A DNA stretch of 64,000 nucleotides. Source: Cyanophora paradoxa CCMP329 (lineage: Eukaryota; Plantae; Glaucophyta). The position numbers were made by a program, and so were the translations under genes. Location of the stretch: positions 124,001-188,000 of the forward strand of contig QPMI01000579.1 of assembly GCA_004431415.1 (NCBI GenBank), given 5' to 3'. Below, piece by piece: positions 35,001 through 49,293 of the stretch (positions within the stretch are counted from its first letter, which is position 1; each line of letters begins with the position of its first letter). The notes below the pieces were generated by a model, which made no database searches, had not been told where the DNA came from, and saw only the letters and a program-made list of their open reading frames with translations.

Positions 35001-38000
35001 TGGCCGACAGACGTCGCCACAAAGGCTGTGTTGTTGTAGAGAACGGAGAAGGGCCCTTCGCGGCACGACGCTGCAGCCTTAATGTCCGTATTCAGGTAGC
35101 GGTCGCCGCTTTTGACGCTCATGTTCGAAAGCGCGACTCCACCGTACCACCACCAGGGCGCGAAAGCGGACCAAGAGAATGTCCAGTCGGAGCGCGGGCT
35201 CCAGTCCTTCAGTTCAGCCCAGAGGGCGTCGATGCCGGACACAGAGACGTAGAGCCGCGCTCCCGTCCGATCCGTCTCGTGCGGCATGACCGACACCGTC
35301 ACTTTGGCGTCCCTCCAGCCGCGGTACGAGTACGCCCAGAAGCTCCAGTGGACATAGCCCCACCTCCACTGGTACCACCGATCCCGCGGTCCCCGGTACG
35401 CCATCGCCACCCAGTAGCTGCAAACCGGCGGCATCGTTGATCGAACTCGAGCTTTTGAGCGTCGATCAAAATTACCTTCGGAACTGTATGAGAAGCTCGT
35501 AGGATCCGTCAATGGACCCTGCCCCCCACGACCACCAATCGGTCACCGGATCCATAGAGGAGCCGCGCGGGAGCCCACTTCCATATCTGCGCCCGACCAG
35601 TGAATGCCAGCAGGGCCATAACCAAACAAATTGCAGCAAAGCGCAAGCGAACCTGAACGTAAAGCCATCGTACCAACTTGAGCTTGTCACGGTCTGGGTC
35701 ACAGTGAAATACGTGACCGCCCGTGGGGCCTCTACGATGAGCATGCCCGCTTGGCCAGAGAGCGCCTCCTCTGAGGTCTTCGGCAGGGTCGCAAGGTAGA
35801 GGTACCCATTTTCAATGCGGGCGGAGCCGGCCATGGATGCGCCAAACGGCACTGGATAGGAGCTGTTGAAGGCCGACGCAAACACTTGGTTGCTGAGAGC
35901 GACCAGGAACTCGTACGTGCTCCCGAAGCCTCCGAAGGCTCTCACGTGGCCCACTAGCGAGCTGTTCATGCGGAATGCGAGCGCGTCGGAGTCAATCACG
36001 ACGGGAGCATTCGACGCGTCCCTGATCCTCAGAGTGCAAAGCGCGGTCTGCTCGGTGAACGCGCCGGGGTCGACAGGACTGCACGAGACTGAGGACTGAC
36101 TTCTGTCTGGCGTGCCGGTAGGGACCGTGTAGTTGGCCAGCGTCGTTGCTGTGCGAGATTGCCCACTCCTGACCTCGATGCTGCCTTGCCCGATGTCTGC
36201 TGCATCGTATGAGTAGAAGGTGATATCGTCAATTGCGTGCTCCGTGGCGGGTACGCTCCGCGCGTAGTAGTAGAAATAATACCACCTGCGCGGAGAAGGT
36301 CAGTCTGGTAGAACGCTATCGCTTCTTGATATATTCGGCAAAGGTGCAGACCACCACCTGCCGAATGATTAAGAAGGCTACTAATGACATCGATGGAAGC
36401 ACATACCAGTAATAATGGTTTGCGCGGAAGCCTGTCGATGCGCCCCACAGTAGAATCGAGTCGGCAGGTGGCTGCAGGCAACAGCAATCGGATGAGCATG
36501 CCGAGGGCAAATAGAATTGGAAGGAAGCGCAAAGGGCGCACATTCCACCAGTAGAGGGGGTAGTTCTGCAAAATGGTGCGGTCGTCCAGCACGACGGTGA
36601 TTGCGGCCGTCTCGCGGTAGAACGAGCCGTAGCGCCAGTACGGTCTGTACCAGATGTACGGCGTGACGGATATCGTGATCGTGTGCCACTTGGCGGGGGC
36701 GTTGGGCGGCTCGTAGGTCGAGTACCACGACCAGGCCCACTGCGGCCAACGGGGCCACTTTGCGTGCATGCGGTTGAAGACTCGCACGTAAGTCCAGCCA
36801 TTAGCGCGGATCAGCACGCTCAAGCCGTCACCTGATTACGCAGGCTCGTTCTGAAAGCACTCTAATGAAAATGTTTGCAGAAAACCGGACGCACCGGCCG
36901 CGCTGAGAGGATGGTCCCACCACTGGTCCCAGATAAGCGGGTCGTTGGGCGTGGTGCCAACGGTCATGTTTGAGCCCTGCAAGGAGAACCCTCTCAGCTC
37001 GTTTTTGCGCGCAGCTAGCGAAAATGGTGCAAGCAGCGAGACGCACGTAGCTGAACGAGATGCCGTCGCCCTTGTCGGCCTTCAAGCGGTACCTGAAAGA
37101 AATAGTGAAGTACCTTGGGGAGCCCCCTGGGCGGACTGTGTACGTCCCAAGCGTGTTCGCGACCTCCGGCGTGAGCGCAAGGTACTTGCCAGTCCCGTTT
37201 ATGCGTGCGGCTCCGCCTAGGGCGGAACGGTACTTCAAGCCGCGCAGAGTGGTTGCCGGATCCGCGCTGAAGTCTTCTTCAAACAGGACACGACTCGGCT
37301 TGGGTCGGATCGAGAACTTGAACGACCCATCACCGAGGGCCTGCAGATCGGACGTAACGCGACCCTGAAGGCTGCCGTTGATTCGCAGGAATAGCGTGCC
37401 GGGGTCGACGACGAGCGGGACCCCCATGTAGCGCGGCGTAAACGTGCAGTCCACTGACGAGTCGGCGGGAACCGCGCCCGTGCTGACGGACCACGGCGCC
37501 GTATGCGCGCACTGGAGCCCGCTGGTCGACGCATCGCCGTTCGTCACCACGACCGTCTTCGACGCCAGAAGCTGAGTGAAGGATCCGAATCCTGAGTACA
37601 CTCCGATGGTGCCGCTGCCGACGGGCGCGTCCCAGTTGTCGTTGCTGCGGATGAGCAGGTCGTCCACGCCCCACTCGGTGCCGTACCAGAGGCTGTCCGC
37701 CTCCAGACTGAACCGCCAGGTCGGCTTCGGCTCCCACGTCCTGAATTCGGCCCAGATGCGCGTTGTGCCGTCCTGCTCGGCAGTAAGCAGCAACTTCGAA
37801 TTCGGCACTGTGGAGAGAAATTTCCAGAGCGATCAAGGAATCAAGTGCACCTGCTTCACGTGCAGAGTTGTCTTGCCAGCGGGACCGTACGGGTGCGGTA
37901 CGATGTGGATCTCGATGTTGGACCATCGGTCTGGCATGTACGAGAGCCAGCTTGAGCTGACATACATGTGGTACTTGTAGACTGGGTCTGCATAAAAGAT

Positions 38001-41000
38001 ACTTCAGCACACTGAATTGAGCTCGGAGATGGAAGTAGAAATTGCACACCGTACAGCCAAGCTATTACGTAACCGCTACAAGCGCAACAGACTAGTGTTA
38101 GAGCAACAAGACGAGACGCACGAGAAAACGGCGTCGGCACATGTGCACCATCCGAATCGAACGAGCAGCGACTCTGGCCCTTGAATGTAGTTCCCGCCGC
38201 CGTACCACCACTCGATGTTCTCGATGCCCTTGTTGGGGCTGGTGCCGGCGCCGTAACGGAAGCTCATCCCGTAGGAGCACCACCATGCCCACGAGGAGTC
38301 GGTCCGCATCTTCCAGGACGCCGAAAAGTGCCGCGGCGCCTTGGGAACCTATTTTACGAACGCGATCGGCGAGCGAATTTTCGTGAGATGTGGGAAGCGG
38401 TGAACAGTCTTTGATAAATACCTGAAGATGGAAAATTCCTGCTGCATCGGTGGAAGAAGAGCGCGGGGTGAGGGCGAGGTATCCGTCGCGGATCAACGCC
38501 ATCCCCACGAGCATTCCCATGCTCGACTTGGCGTAGTTCGAGTCGAAGTCTTCGAAGTATATTGTTCGCGTAGGAATGAACGAGAAGACAAAGCTGGAGC
38601 CGAAGCCTGAAAGCAAAGTTTACGTCTATTTTTGACAACTTCATTGCCACGCTGCCAAGAGGCGCACCTCCAAAAGAGGTTGTGATGGCGTTAAGGGTTC
38701 CGTTTATGAAGACGTTGATCGAGTCGGCGTCAATTGGAATAGGATCAGCACCGCGTCGTGGCACGAACGTGCACGAGACCTCTGTGTCCGTCCCGGCCGC
38801 CAGGACGTATTGCGCGCAGTCAAGCGTACCGTTGTTGGGAGCTGCAACCGCGGACATGTCAGCTTCAGTTGCGAGCTCAAAAAAATCTTTCGAACTCTAA
38901 AATCGTGCGCCAGCAATCGAAACGCACCGAGGGGCGAGAACTGATAGCGAGCGAGAACGTTGACGGACGGATTCCCGCGGCTTATCGCGATCTGGCCGCC
39001 GCCGATCTCGTAGTCGTCGTACCTGCAAGCTCATGTCAAATGCAATTGCGAGCAGGTGCACACAGGTCTCGCTGCTGTGTACGCACGAAATGATCTCAAC
39101 GTTGTCGAGTTCGTGGTAAGAGGGCTCGCTCCGCCACCACCAAGTGGGAACGCCAGCAGCAGCTGCAGCGGTCCAGACGAACACGGACGAAGATGCGGGC
39201 TCCCAGTCGTAGATAGGCATGTACCAGCTTAGTAAATCATGAGAATTAGGTAAACGTTTAATCTCATGATCATTATCCATACAATCAATTTGGAGGCTTA
39301 CACTGCGGGGTAGCCGTCGACCGTGACTGTGAGGAGCGCGTCACGACGGGTCCGCCAGTACCAGCGTATGTTCGGCTGCACTTGAATGGAAACATTGTGC
39401 CAGACTGTTGCAGCGTCGCTGCGCCAATAGAAAGGCACCCAGCCCCAGCCGTACTGCGGCCGTGGAGTTGTAGGGCTGTATGGAGACTCCGAGTGCAGCG
39501 AGACGCGAATGTAGGAGTATCCCCTGGCTCGGAAGAGGATCGAGAGGCCAGCACCGGCCGACGTAAACCGGTGCTCCCAGAAGTTGTCCCACATGGCCCA
39601 GTGGTCGGGGCCCATGCCGACCGACATGTTCGACCCGTAATGGAACGCGAACCCGTCGCCCTTGCGGTAGTCCATCCGGAAGCGGAAGTTGGCAGCAAAG
39701 TAGCGAGGCGCGTGCGCAGTCTTCACCTGCGGTGCGCGTATTAGCTAAGTAGTTTGTTCGAAAATCGAAACATTTCGAACCGCATAGACGCCGTCCGCAT
39801 CCGACACAGGCGGTGTGAGGACAAGGTACTGTCCAGTCGAATTTACGTATGCGGCGCCGGTCAGAGATGCACGAGATTGGAGCCCCAGAGATTCAGTCGG
39901 CCTGGAGCCTTGAGCAGGAGTGCCGTCGAAGCTCTCATAAAACAGAGTGCGGCTTGGTTTGGTCTGCGCGGCGCATTTTCTCTCGGTAAATCGTAGCGGA
40001 CGCGGACGCTGAAAAGAAGCGGCTTACAAGAATCGTGAAAGCGAATTTCCCATCCTCAACAGGGGCGATGTCTGCGATTACCGATCCACGTAAGCTTCCG
40101 CTCGCGTCGACGAAAAGCTCTGCCGTCTTCGTTGCAATCGGCTCTCCCCGCAGAAGCGGCGTAAACGTGCATCTCCACTGGTTTGCAGAGGGTCCGGAGC
40201 CCTCAAAGGTAGACCAGGCCTGCAGTGGGAGATGCTTACTAAGCTGAAAAAGAAGCGATGTGCATCGCACAGAAAGACGTGACAAGACGTGTGCGCACCC
40301 CCGGAACAGAGCAGTTCACGTAGGAGGTGTTGTCCGGAGCCATGATCTCGATGGCGGAGGACGCGAGGGTGACGTTGCCGTTGAGGAGGGCTGTGATGGC
40401 GCCCGCGCCCGAGTTCAGGAGGAGGCTGGAGGCCACGTCGCTGTAGCTTTCGATCGAGACGTCGTCGATCTGCACATTCGAGTCGTAGTAGAGCGACTCG
40501 CCCCAGAAGCTGAACCGGTGGTTCGCGGTCACCATGAAGTTTGGGATGGTCTGCGAGAAGTACGTCACTCCGTCGACCTGCAGGCGTGCGTGCGGCCGCT
40601 AAACGTTAGCCAGGCGAGACCAAGGAGCTCGAGGCATGAAAGGACGGCGCGCCTTCACAATCAGCCGCGTCCTCGTCGGCAGATACATGTCCGGCACGCA
40701 GTGGATTTGCACGCCTCGCCACGTGCCCTTTGGGAACGAGCTGTAGATGTACCCCGCGCCGATCCAGGACTTGCTGGGCGCGTAGACGAATATGTAGCCT
40801 CCCGAAGGCCAAAGGGCTATCTTGACCGAGAAGGAGGCGCCGGGGATGTTCATGACGCCCCAACCGGACTCCAACTGCATGACGCTCTCCACGTTGGAGC
40901 TGAGCGACACGGACGGGCCAAAGCTGACGCCGGCGCCCGCCCAGAAGTAGTGCGGGTAGATCGATCGGGCGACGCGCAGCTTGAAGTCAACCCTGAACGA

Positions 41001-44000
41001 GCGCGAAAGGCGCGGCGGGTCGACGACGAACAGACCGATTTTCCACGAGCCAGCACCGATTCGCGTGAGGGACAGCGAGCCATCCTCGACCTTCGCGAAA
41101 TCGGAGAAGGCCGTGCGGTGGCTCGTGACGCCCTCGGGGCCGGAGAAGTCCTCCTCGAAAAGCTTGTGAGAGGGCCGGTACAGGAACTCGAAGCGGCGCC
41201 CGATGCCGCCGAACTCTGTGACGGTTCCGACGAGCGAGCCGGACAGGCCGATACTGCACGTTTGCCGCTCGTCAGTGCAGACATCAACAGGGCGTAAAAA
41301 CAAACCGGAACGCACAAAATGGCATCTCCGCTGATGGCTTCGCCGCTTTCAAGCAGGAGCGAACAACGGACGTCCCGGAGTGCGTAGCTCATGAGCTGCG
41401 TCGCGTCGCACTCCATTTTCATGGCGGCTGAGAATTCCGAACAACGAATCACGCATTCGATTGAAAAACTGCGTATCGAAACGATGAAGACGCACCGCCA
41501 TCCGGTGCAATTGCGGCCGAGCCGCGCGGGAAGGGCGAATTTCGCGATCCGGTGAACGCATCGAGGCTAGTTGCGACAGCGCTGGATGTGCTCGACCCAA
41601 GCGACTCGACCAGAATTGACCGCACGGCGAACAAGCCGAAATCCGGCGCGTCGCCGTTTGAGGCCCAAAGCAGGAACTGGTACTTCGAGCTGGCACTCCA
41701 CGTGCCGATGAACGTGTTGTCGTACAGGGGCTTGCCCCCGAAGGTAGCCGACAGGGTCGCGTAGCGCTCTTTCCTGTAGCTCGCGTACCACAGATAGGAG
41801 TCGACGGTAATCACGAGTTCGCGCCACGCCGGTGCAGGGCCGCGTCCCTGCGGATCGTACGCGTAGCCGAAGACGCGGTGATAGCCTCCTGCGCCGAGCG
41901 AGAGTTACTTCCATATCCTCTACTGCTCGCAGACGACGCGCTCGGGCGCTAACCGTAGTACATAGAGTTCGAGGCAAACGCGTAAACTGTTCGAAACTCG
42001 TTAGACGTTCTCAAAGACAATCCGTAAAAAGAAGTGAAAGTAAAGTACGGTAGGGGCCCTGGCGGTAGAGGAAAATAGACAGTCCGTACAGTGCTCGCAT
42101 GGGGACGCGATAATACCAGTAGGAGTCGACGTGGAAGTAAGGCTGCTCGGCGGGGCGATCGGACGGGACGTTGGAGCCGTACGAGATGCCCAGGCCCTGC
42201 CCGTCGCCAATGGACACTTTGAGCGACATGCGGAAGAACCCGGGGGTCGTCGATCCCGAAAACGTGAAGTGCCCAGCTTCCTGCGGCAGCGAGCAGAGGC
42301 AAAGCGAGCCGTTCTGCAGGGACGCCGACCCGCCGAGGACGCTTCGGTGCGAGTCGATGCGCCCGGAGGCGAAGTCCTGCTCGTACACGACGCGGCGGCC
42401 GGCGGGGCGGACGGTGGCGTGCCAGTCGTACGTGTTGGGGACGCGCTGGAAGGCGGACATGGAGCCGACGAGGGTGCCCGAGGCGACGAAGAAGAGCTTG
42501 GTGGCGTCGGCGTCCTCCGAGGGAATGTACGCGATCGAGGGCGAGAGAACGCAGGCCGAGTCGAAGGGCGCCTCGCCGAGCACCGCGGACCACGAGCGGC
42601 CGGAGCAGGCCATCGTCGTCGTCTCGTCCATGTCGCCGTACGCGAGCGGCCGCGAGATGATCGGGTCGTCGTTCAACATAACCTGCACGTACCCCGAGGC
42701 GCTGTCGGGGGGCAGCGTGTCCAGCGAAGAGATAACCAAGTCGTCGACCGCAAACTCGCAGTCGGCCGAAAAGGTCTGCATGCGCATGATCATACTCTAT
42801 TCTTTATCAAAATAACAGGAGAGATGCAAAGCGCACCTCGGCGAAAAGAGAGTAGACGTTAGGCGGGTTCATGGGCCAGTTCTTTATTGTGTGCACGAGA
42901 ATGACCACGTTATTTATCAAGATTCGCAGCTCGGCATCCGTCGACGCGAACGTTGGCATCACCTGTATGTTCACGGTTCGCCACTTACCCAGCGTCCGCA
43001 GGTCCGCCCCCCGCGCCGTGATGTACGTGGGCCCCGCTCCGTACACGTAGACGGCCCAGTACGCGCTGCATGGCTCTCTCGGTCAGCTGGGGATAAGCAC
43101 ATTCACCTCGTTTGTTCTGCTTACAGCGAGAACCGAATGGTGAGCAAGGAAGCCGTAGAGTAGCCACTGTAGCCCCAGATCCAGCTGCGCCAAGCTTGCT
43201 CAGGCAACTGTTTTAAAGTACGGCCCGAAAATCTGCACAATCTCGTCCAGGCACCTGTATTGCAGAACGTCCGTTCCAGCTCCGAGCGGTATACCGCCCA
43301 CCGCGAATGACAACCCATACCCTTCCCACGAGTCGGGGCTCGGAGTGGAGCGGTACCGGAACTGCGCTGAGAAGAAGCGCGCTCTGCTTGGCGTCTGCGC
43401 GGTAAAGATGCCGGCCTTGTTCGTCCCGAGTCCCCGAGGGGTGAGGATCAGCATGCCGTTCTCTATGCGCGCGTGAGTGCCGTAGGCCGCCCGATGGTTT
43501 TCGAACTGGTCGCTGTCGAAAGAAGCGGCAAAGATGGTTGTCCCAAACTTCAGGGAGAACGTCCACTCATTGCCCCAGCCTCCTATCTCGCCCATCCTAC
43601 AGTATAGTTAGCATCGTAAAAGAGCTGTAATGGGATTTCGGGACATCGCGCCTTCCAACGAGCGTGTTGGTGAAGCGAAGGCGAAGAGCCGTTGAAGCGT
43701 CGGCGGAGATCGGGATCAGAGACTCGCGAGGGCAGCTCGCGGCTACGGGGGCTTTGGAACGCGCCGTCAGCGAGACAAAACGTGCAGCGTGCAGCTTGGA
43801 GCTTCAACGGCGCACCTCGAATGCCCAGTACCTCAGCGTACAGAGCGAGGATAGATGTGGTCGATGCTGCCGCGTAGACTCGAACGGTAAGGAGATTGCG
43901 GGACATGCCCAGAGATGCCACTTCCAACGCGGAGAAAGCGAACGAAGAGAACACGCCAGCTCCAATTGACTGTGTGCAACAGTAAGAGTGCGTTCGCAAA

Positions 44001-47000
44001 TGTTGAACCATGATAGAGTCGAACACGTGCACACCGTAGGCTTAGAGAGACGGCCAGAAGCGAAAATTGAAAGGCCGTTGACGAGGATGTCGTCGACTCG
44101 CTGCTGGGCGAGGACCGAAATGTTCACGTAGGCGGACGACTGCAGCAGGCCAGACAAGTCGATCGCAGTCGTGAAGTCTACGTTCCCTGCCTGTGAAGCC
44201 TGCTCGGAGATCGCAGTCAAAGGCAATGCATGATGACATGAAGGCAAAAGAAGGCAAAATGCTTCTGACGCACAACACCAGACGAAGATTGAGAGATGTA
44301 GTAAAGCCGGGGGTTGTACGATGTCAGTCTAGACGCCCTGGCGTGCACAGATTGGTTCACAAGCGCGTAAAGAAATCTTTACACGAAACATGAAGACGAA
44401 TGCAAACCCAGCCGAGTAGAGTGAGTCGATACCAACGAAAGCTGGCGCAGGTGATGCGCTGGCCCCCGTCCAGAGGCCCGTCCAGTTGAAAGCCGCATCC
44501 TTGTACTGACCGGAGCTTGTCGGTGTGCCGCCGTTGTTTGGATCAAGCGCCCAACCTACGTGCTGACGTCACGCGAATCCAAGTTTGACAGCAAATGAGA
44601 CTTCAAAATGCATCAATACCAGTTCCGTAGCGATTGACAACCTCTGCACGCGCCCCCAGCGCTCCGCTTAAAGGATCGCACGCTGGGGAGCGCGAGAATG
44701 ATTTGATGAGATGCACAGCACGCGGCAAGAAGTGCACGTTAGAAGATTTACCGGATAGCGTCAGATGACAGTCTATCGTGAGATTCGAGATAGTCTTTGA
44801 GCGCGGAGTGCAGCTTATTGTCGATGAAGCATCCGGAACTGACCCGCGTCCGCGATCAGAGAGAGACAGAAACAAAGAAACAAGACGGTATTCTGCAGAA
44901 GCGCGTCGCACCGACGGGGATGCGCGGTAAGATTTTGCCGCCAACCTCGACGTACACAGCAAGCATGGAGGGATTCCAGCCACCGAAGTTCGAATTCCAA
45001 GTTCGGATTGTCAGCGTATTAGTTCCCATGGCGAGGTTGTCTACATCTTCCGCGGTGAACTCCAGCTTTGCCAGCGCTTTGCCGCCCATGCTCGCCCCCT
45101 CCGGACGAGGAAGGGCGCCCGAATTGAAGATTGAGACGCCGTTCACAGAAATGTCGTCCACGAGGTCATCCGCGAGGAACTGCAGCTGGACATACGCCGT
45201 CTCGCGCGGCAGGCCTGCAACAAGAATCAATCTAGCTTAGCTTGCGTATATACTTCGTTCAATTTCATATCAACTTGCCGGTGAGGTCGATTGTCGTTGA
45301 GTACTCAACAAGACCATGTGGAGGAGACTGAGCAGTGATGAAATTAAGTGATCGAATGAACGGAATGCTAATTACGAGGCACGCACAATTCCGTTCGCGT
45401 ACGGTGCGATCCATGACAAAGGCGTTTCGAAGCGCCCGTACGCGTTGTAATGTAGACTGCGAGCTGTGTGAGTCGCGGAACTCGAGACTTGGGCGGGTCA
45501 CCCACAGCAGCCCGGACGCAGGAAGAACGTAGGCTTGAGTGCTGTAGGTCCCGGTCCACGACGTCCTGAAAGTCCAGGTGTTGTCGCGGACTGGATTTGT
45601 TGCGGTCTTGCTCCATCCGCTTCCCCATCTCCTTGCAACCGTGCTGTTCAAAGATCCTGAAACAGATTGATGCGTGAGATCTTCGGCCTAAACGCCGGCG
45701 ACATCAGCGCACCCGTGAAGCGGCTGAATGGAGAAAAGGTTGCAAGAACCGGAGCGGCCGCCTCAGGCCCATTAACTGCTGTGATCGACCCTCTTGACAA
45801 TGTCCTGGCGGTGTAGCTGTGAACTGCCGCGTCCGCAATTGCGAACTCTGAGAAGTGCTGTGCGCTGGTCGATGCTGCCAGAGCATAGGACCATGAGCGA
45901 TCAGGCACGAAGTTGTTGAGAGTTACGTCTTGGACACGCTTTACGCCATCCACAATCACTGTCAACGAAGCAGTCGTCCGGTGCGCGCCACTCTGCGCGA
46001 GGCGCAAGTTGTCGCATTCAATGATTAATAAATAGAACGATATGGTGGGAAAATTTGGACACTACGCCCGCGCTTACCCAGTACGATGGGCCGAGCTCAA
46101 TCACACAATTCTGCCATCTGCCAGTGAAGAGTCCGTAGACGTAGACGCGCGATTGGAGGCGCTGGCGCGGCCAGCGAATGTCAATGTAGCCGCCGTTTGC
46201 GTCCGACCCGAGGCATCTTCCGACAAATTGAATAGATAGACCAGTTCCAACAACGAAAAGCGAGTCCGTGAAGTCAGCGAACGCGAAGTCTTTGCGCGAG
46301 ACGGTTGTCGGGATCTCTCCGCCAAAGCTGAAAACAAGTTGGTCGCCCTGGCACTTGGACCTCGTGCTGTTAGCCACCGCGCGGAACTGGAACCGGAACT
46401 GCGAGAAGCTTGGCAGCGCTGGCGGCTTAATCACATAGAAGCCAAGCTCGTTTGGCTCGGGCGCAGTAAGACGGAGGTAGCTCCTTTCAGCAGAGGTCAC
46501 AAGTGCCGCCGAGCCGGCCAAATATCCGCTGGAGCTTCCCAGCTGTGCGACAGATTGCGGCACAGTGAAGTTGCGTGCAAACAGCGTTCGCTGCCTTGCC
46601 AGCAACCTGAAGGTGCCGCGCAAACCGCTCGAGTCGAAGTTCATTGCCGAGGCCGGTCCGGCCAACGACCCGCCAAGCTGCAGCGCAAGGTTGGAGCCGT
46701 CCACTTTGAAAGAGTCTCCATCAACGCGCGGATGCAGTTCGCAGTCGAACTCGAACGCAGGAGCCGGCTTTGCCGTCTGAATGTCGGTGGAGACAGCGTA
46801 CGGCCCGACGGTGGCATCGCATTCCATGCGCGACGTGTCGTCACCTGTCATTGCGGAAGATTGAGTAGATTCATGGGATGTTGAAATTTATTTCATAGAG
46901 GAAATCAAACCATCTAAAAAGTAGAATTGAGTGGCGGCGACGGGGCCAAGACCGGTGACGTTCATGTAGATCAGACCGGACCCAGCGAGCGGCGTATCCC

Positions 47001-49260
47001 ACGCGTCGATCTGGAGCTCCTGGATCGCGATGTCGCCGGTGACGCCTGCCAGCGAGTCGCCCCAGAACAGCATCTTCCACGAGTTGTCCGGGTTGAAGTT
47101 CGCGATCGGAGCCTCGTCGATCGATGTGACGTTGTTGATCTTGACCGTGACGAGTGCGTTGGCAGACGAGTCGGGGTCCTCCCGCACGTGGATGGCCAGC
47201 GTCTGCCATGTCCGCCCCGTCGTCGACGTCTTGGCGTAGCCGTGACGGATGTACGAGGTGCGATCAATCACCGAGGCACTTTGGCCCGCGTAGGATTGCA
47301 GGCGGACGTTCAGCCGGTTCTGCGACAAGCTCGAGAGACCCCACCAGGGGGCGTAAAAATTGCTGCGCGTCACGAGAGCAGTGGACGCCGGTCCGTAAGA
47401 GAAGCCGAGACCTGTCCCGAGGACCTTCTCTGTGACGCAAAAACCATGATGCATTCAGCCGCGCGCCATGCATATGGTTACGACTGGAACGCAAATCGAT
47501 GTCCGCGCACCGGGCGTGTTGCAGCAGATTCGGAACTTTGCATAAACGCTGCAATGCGCAAATAAGTAATTTAATCGCCCATGAAAACGGATGGGTTCTG
47601 AAAGCACCTGAAGAACCTCGGGCTTCTGGGCAAATCTACAATGAAGGCCCCCAGACTGTTTTCAACCCCGTTCGGATGAAGCTGCAGGTACCCCGGTGCG
47701 GTTGAAGCAAGTCCAGCAAGGAAAGTGCGATAGGGGTGGGGGCTGGTTCCATCGAAATTTGAGTACCAAAGCGTCCGTCCAGGCTGGAAGGAATGCGTAA
47801 GTGCGAGTGCAGAATCGACGGCGAATACATGCAAAACTCAAACCTTGAAAGTAACAACGAAACCGACGTTCCACGAATCATCCAAGCCAGTCAGTTGTCC
47901 TGAGATTGTCGGAGCGAGCCAGATAGAAACGTTCGACCCATAAACCTGCAGACGATACATGTTTAATATCCGAGCTTAAGCGATCGTTGGAACAGGCCAG
48001 GTGTCGTTAGATGAAAATATGAAAGAAATCACGAACCGGGAACGCTACGCCATTCCGGACAACGGACACGTTGCAGATGGTCGATGCAGTGGGCGACGGC
48101 GCGACGATCGCAGGCGCGCAGGCGATCGTCGAGCTGTTCGATCGGACCACCGAGACGTAACGGAAGCCTAGTGGAAGGATGGCGGTTCCGAAACGCCCGC
48201 TCTGCAAAGCCACGTCAAAGAGGCCCGGAACGTTTTCGCGTCCATTCAGCTGAGCCGAGATTGCAGTTGAATTGATGAATGTAATCTGAACAGAAAACGT
48301 GAATATTGTTGCTAGAAGCGATATCTAATTTGCAGACCTTGGAAATGAGCGTCCCGCCGATGTAAAGAGAAAGAGAAGTGTCATTCAAAAAGTTTGTGCT
48401 GTGCACGTGCTGTCAAAATCGGCTGGACGAGAGCAGTGGAACGTATTCGCATACCCGGTGATCGTGACAGTGATTGCATTGCCCCAATTCGTCCGCCTTG
48501 GACTCACGTTGTCAATTGTGGCCTCTGTGCGCTGCGATCAAAGGAGGCGCAGACCATTGATTGTGAGAACGTACTTGGGTTGACAATGTAGAGTGTGGGG
48601 CAGACTTCGTTGATCTCGCTTCCGAATATGAGACGTACAGCGTACTTTCCTGGCGTCAGGCTTCGCGGCGGAAACACGCGGACGGCGCGGGAGCCCAGCC
48701 CGATGAACGTGATGTCGCTGCTCTCCGCCGCGGTCGAGTTGAAGAAGACCGAGCCGGCGTAGAGGTCCACGCCCTGTACTTGGATGAACCTGCCCCCGAC
48801 GGGGCCGTCGAAAGGGGCGAGGCCAGTGAGGCGCGGCTCGCCGACTGTGATCTCGGTCGAAGCAATGGACGTGCCGCGGTAAGCAACCTTCAGCGCTCCA
48901 GCGCCAAGAGGGATGTGCCCTTTCAAAAAAGTTAGAATAAAAGAATTGACGCTATGTGGTTTGTGGATAAGCCGCACAGTATTCTGTCGATTCTAATCTG
49001 AAGTCCGAAATGCCAACTTCGTCCGCATATCCATAAACAGCATTTGAACCAAAGAGGGCGAAGTTCCTGATCATGATCGAAGGAAAATAAGGACACAGGC
49101 AGTGACAGTCAGAATGCATAACCACTCAAGCAAAATTCACCAGTCGGCAGCAGGTTGCCAGGAAGGCAGGGGTATTGAAGGGACCAGTACTCGGCTGCGC
49201 CACGTGACACGAAGGAGAGCGCCTGCATCCTTTCCTGAATCGGGCAAGATCTCAACCTGG

Positions 49261-49293
<33 letters not shown>

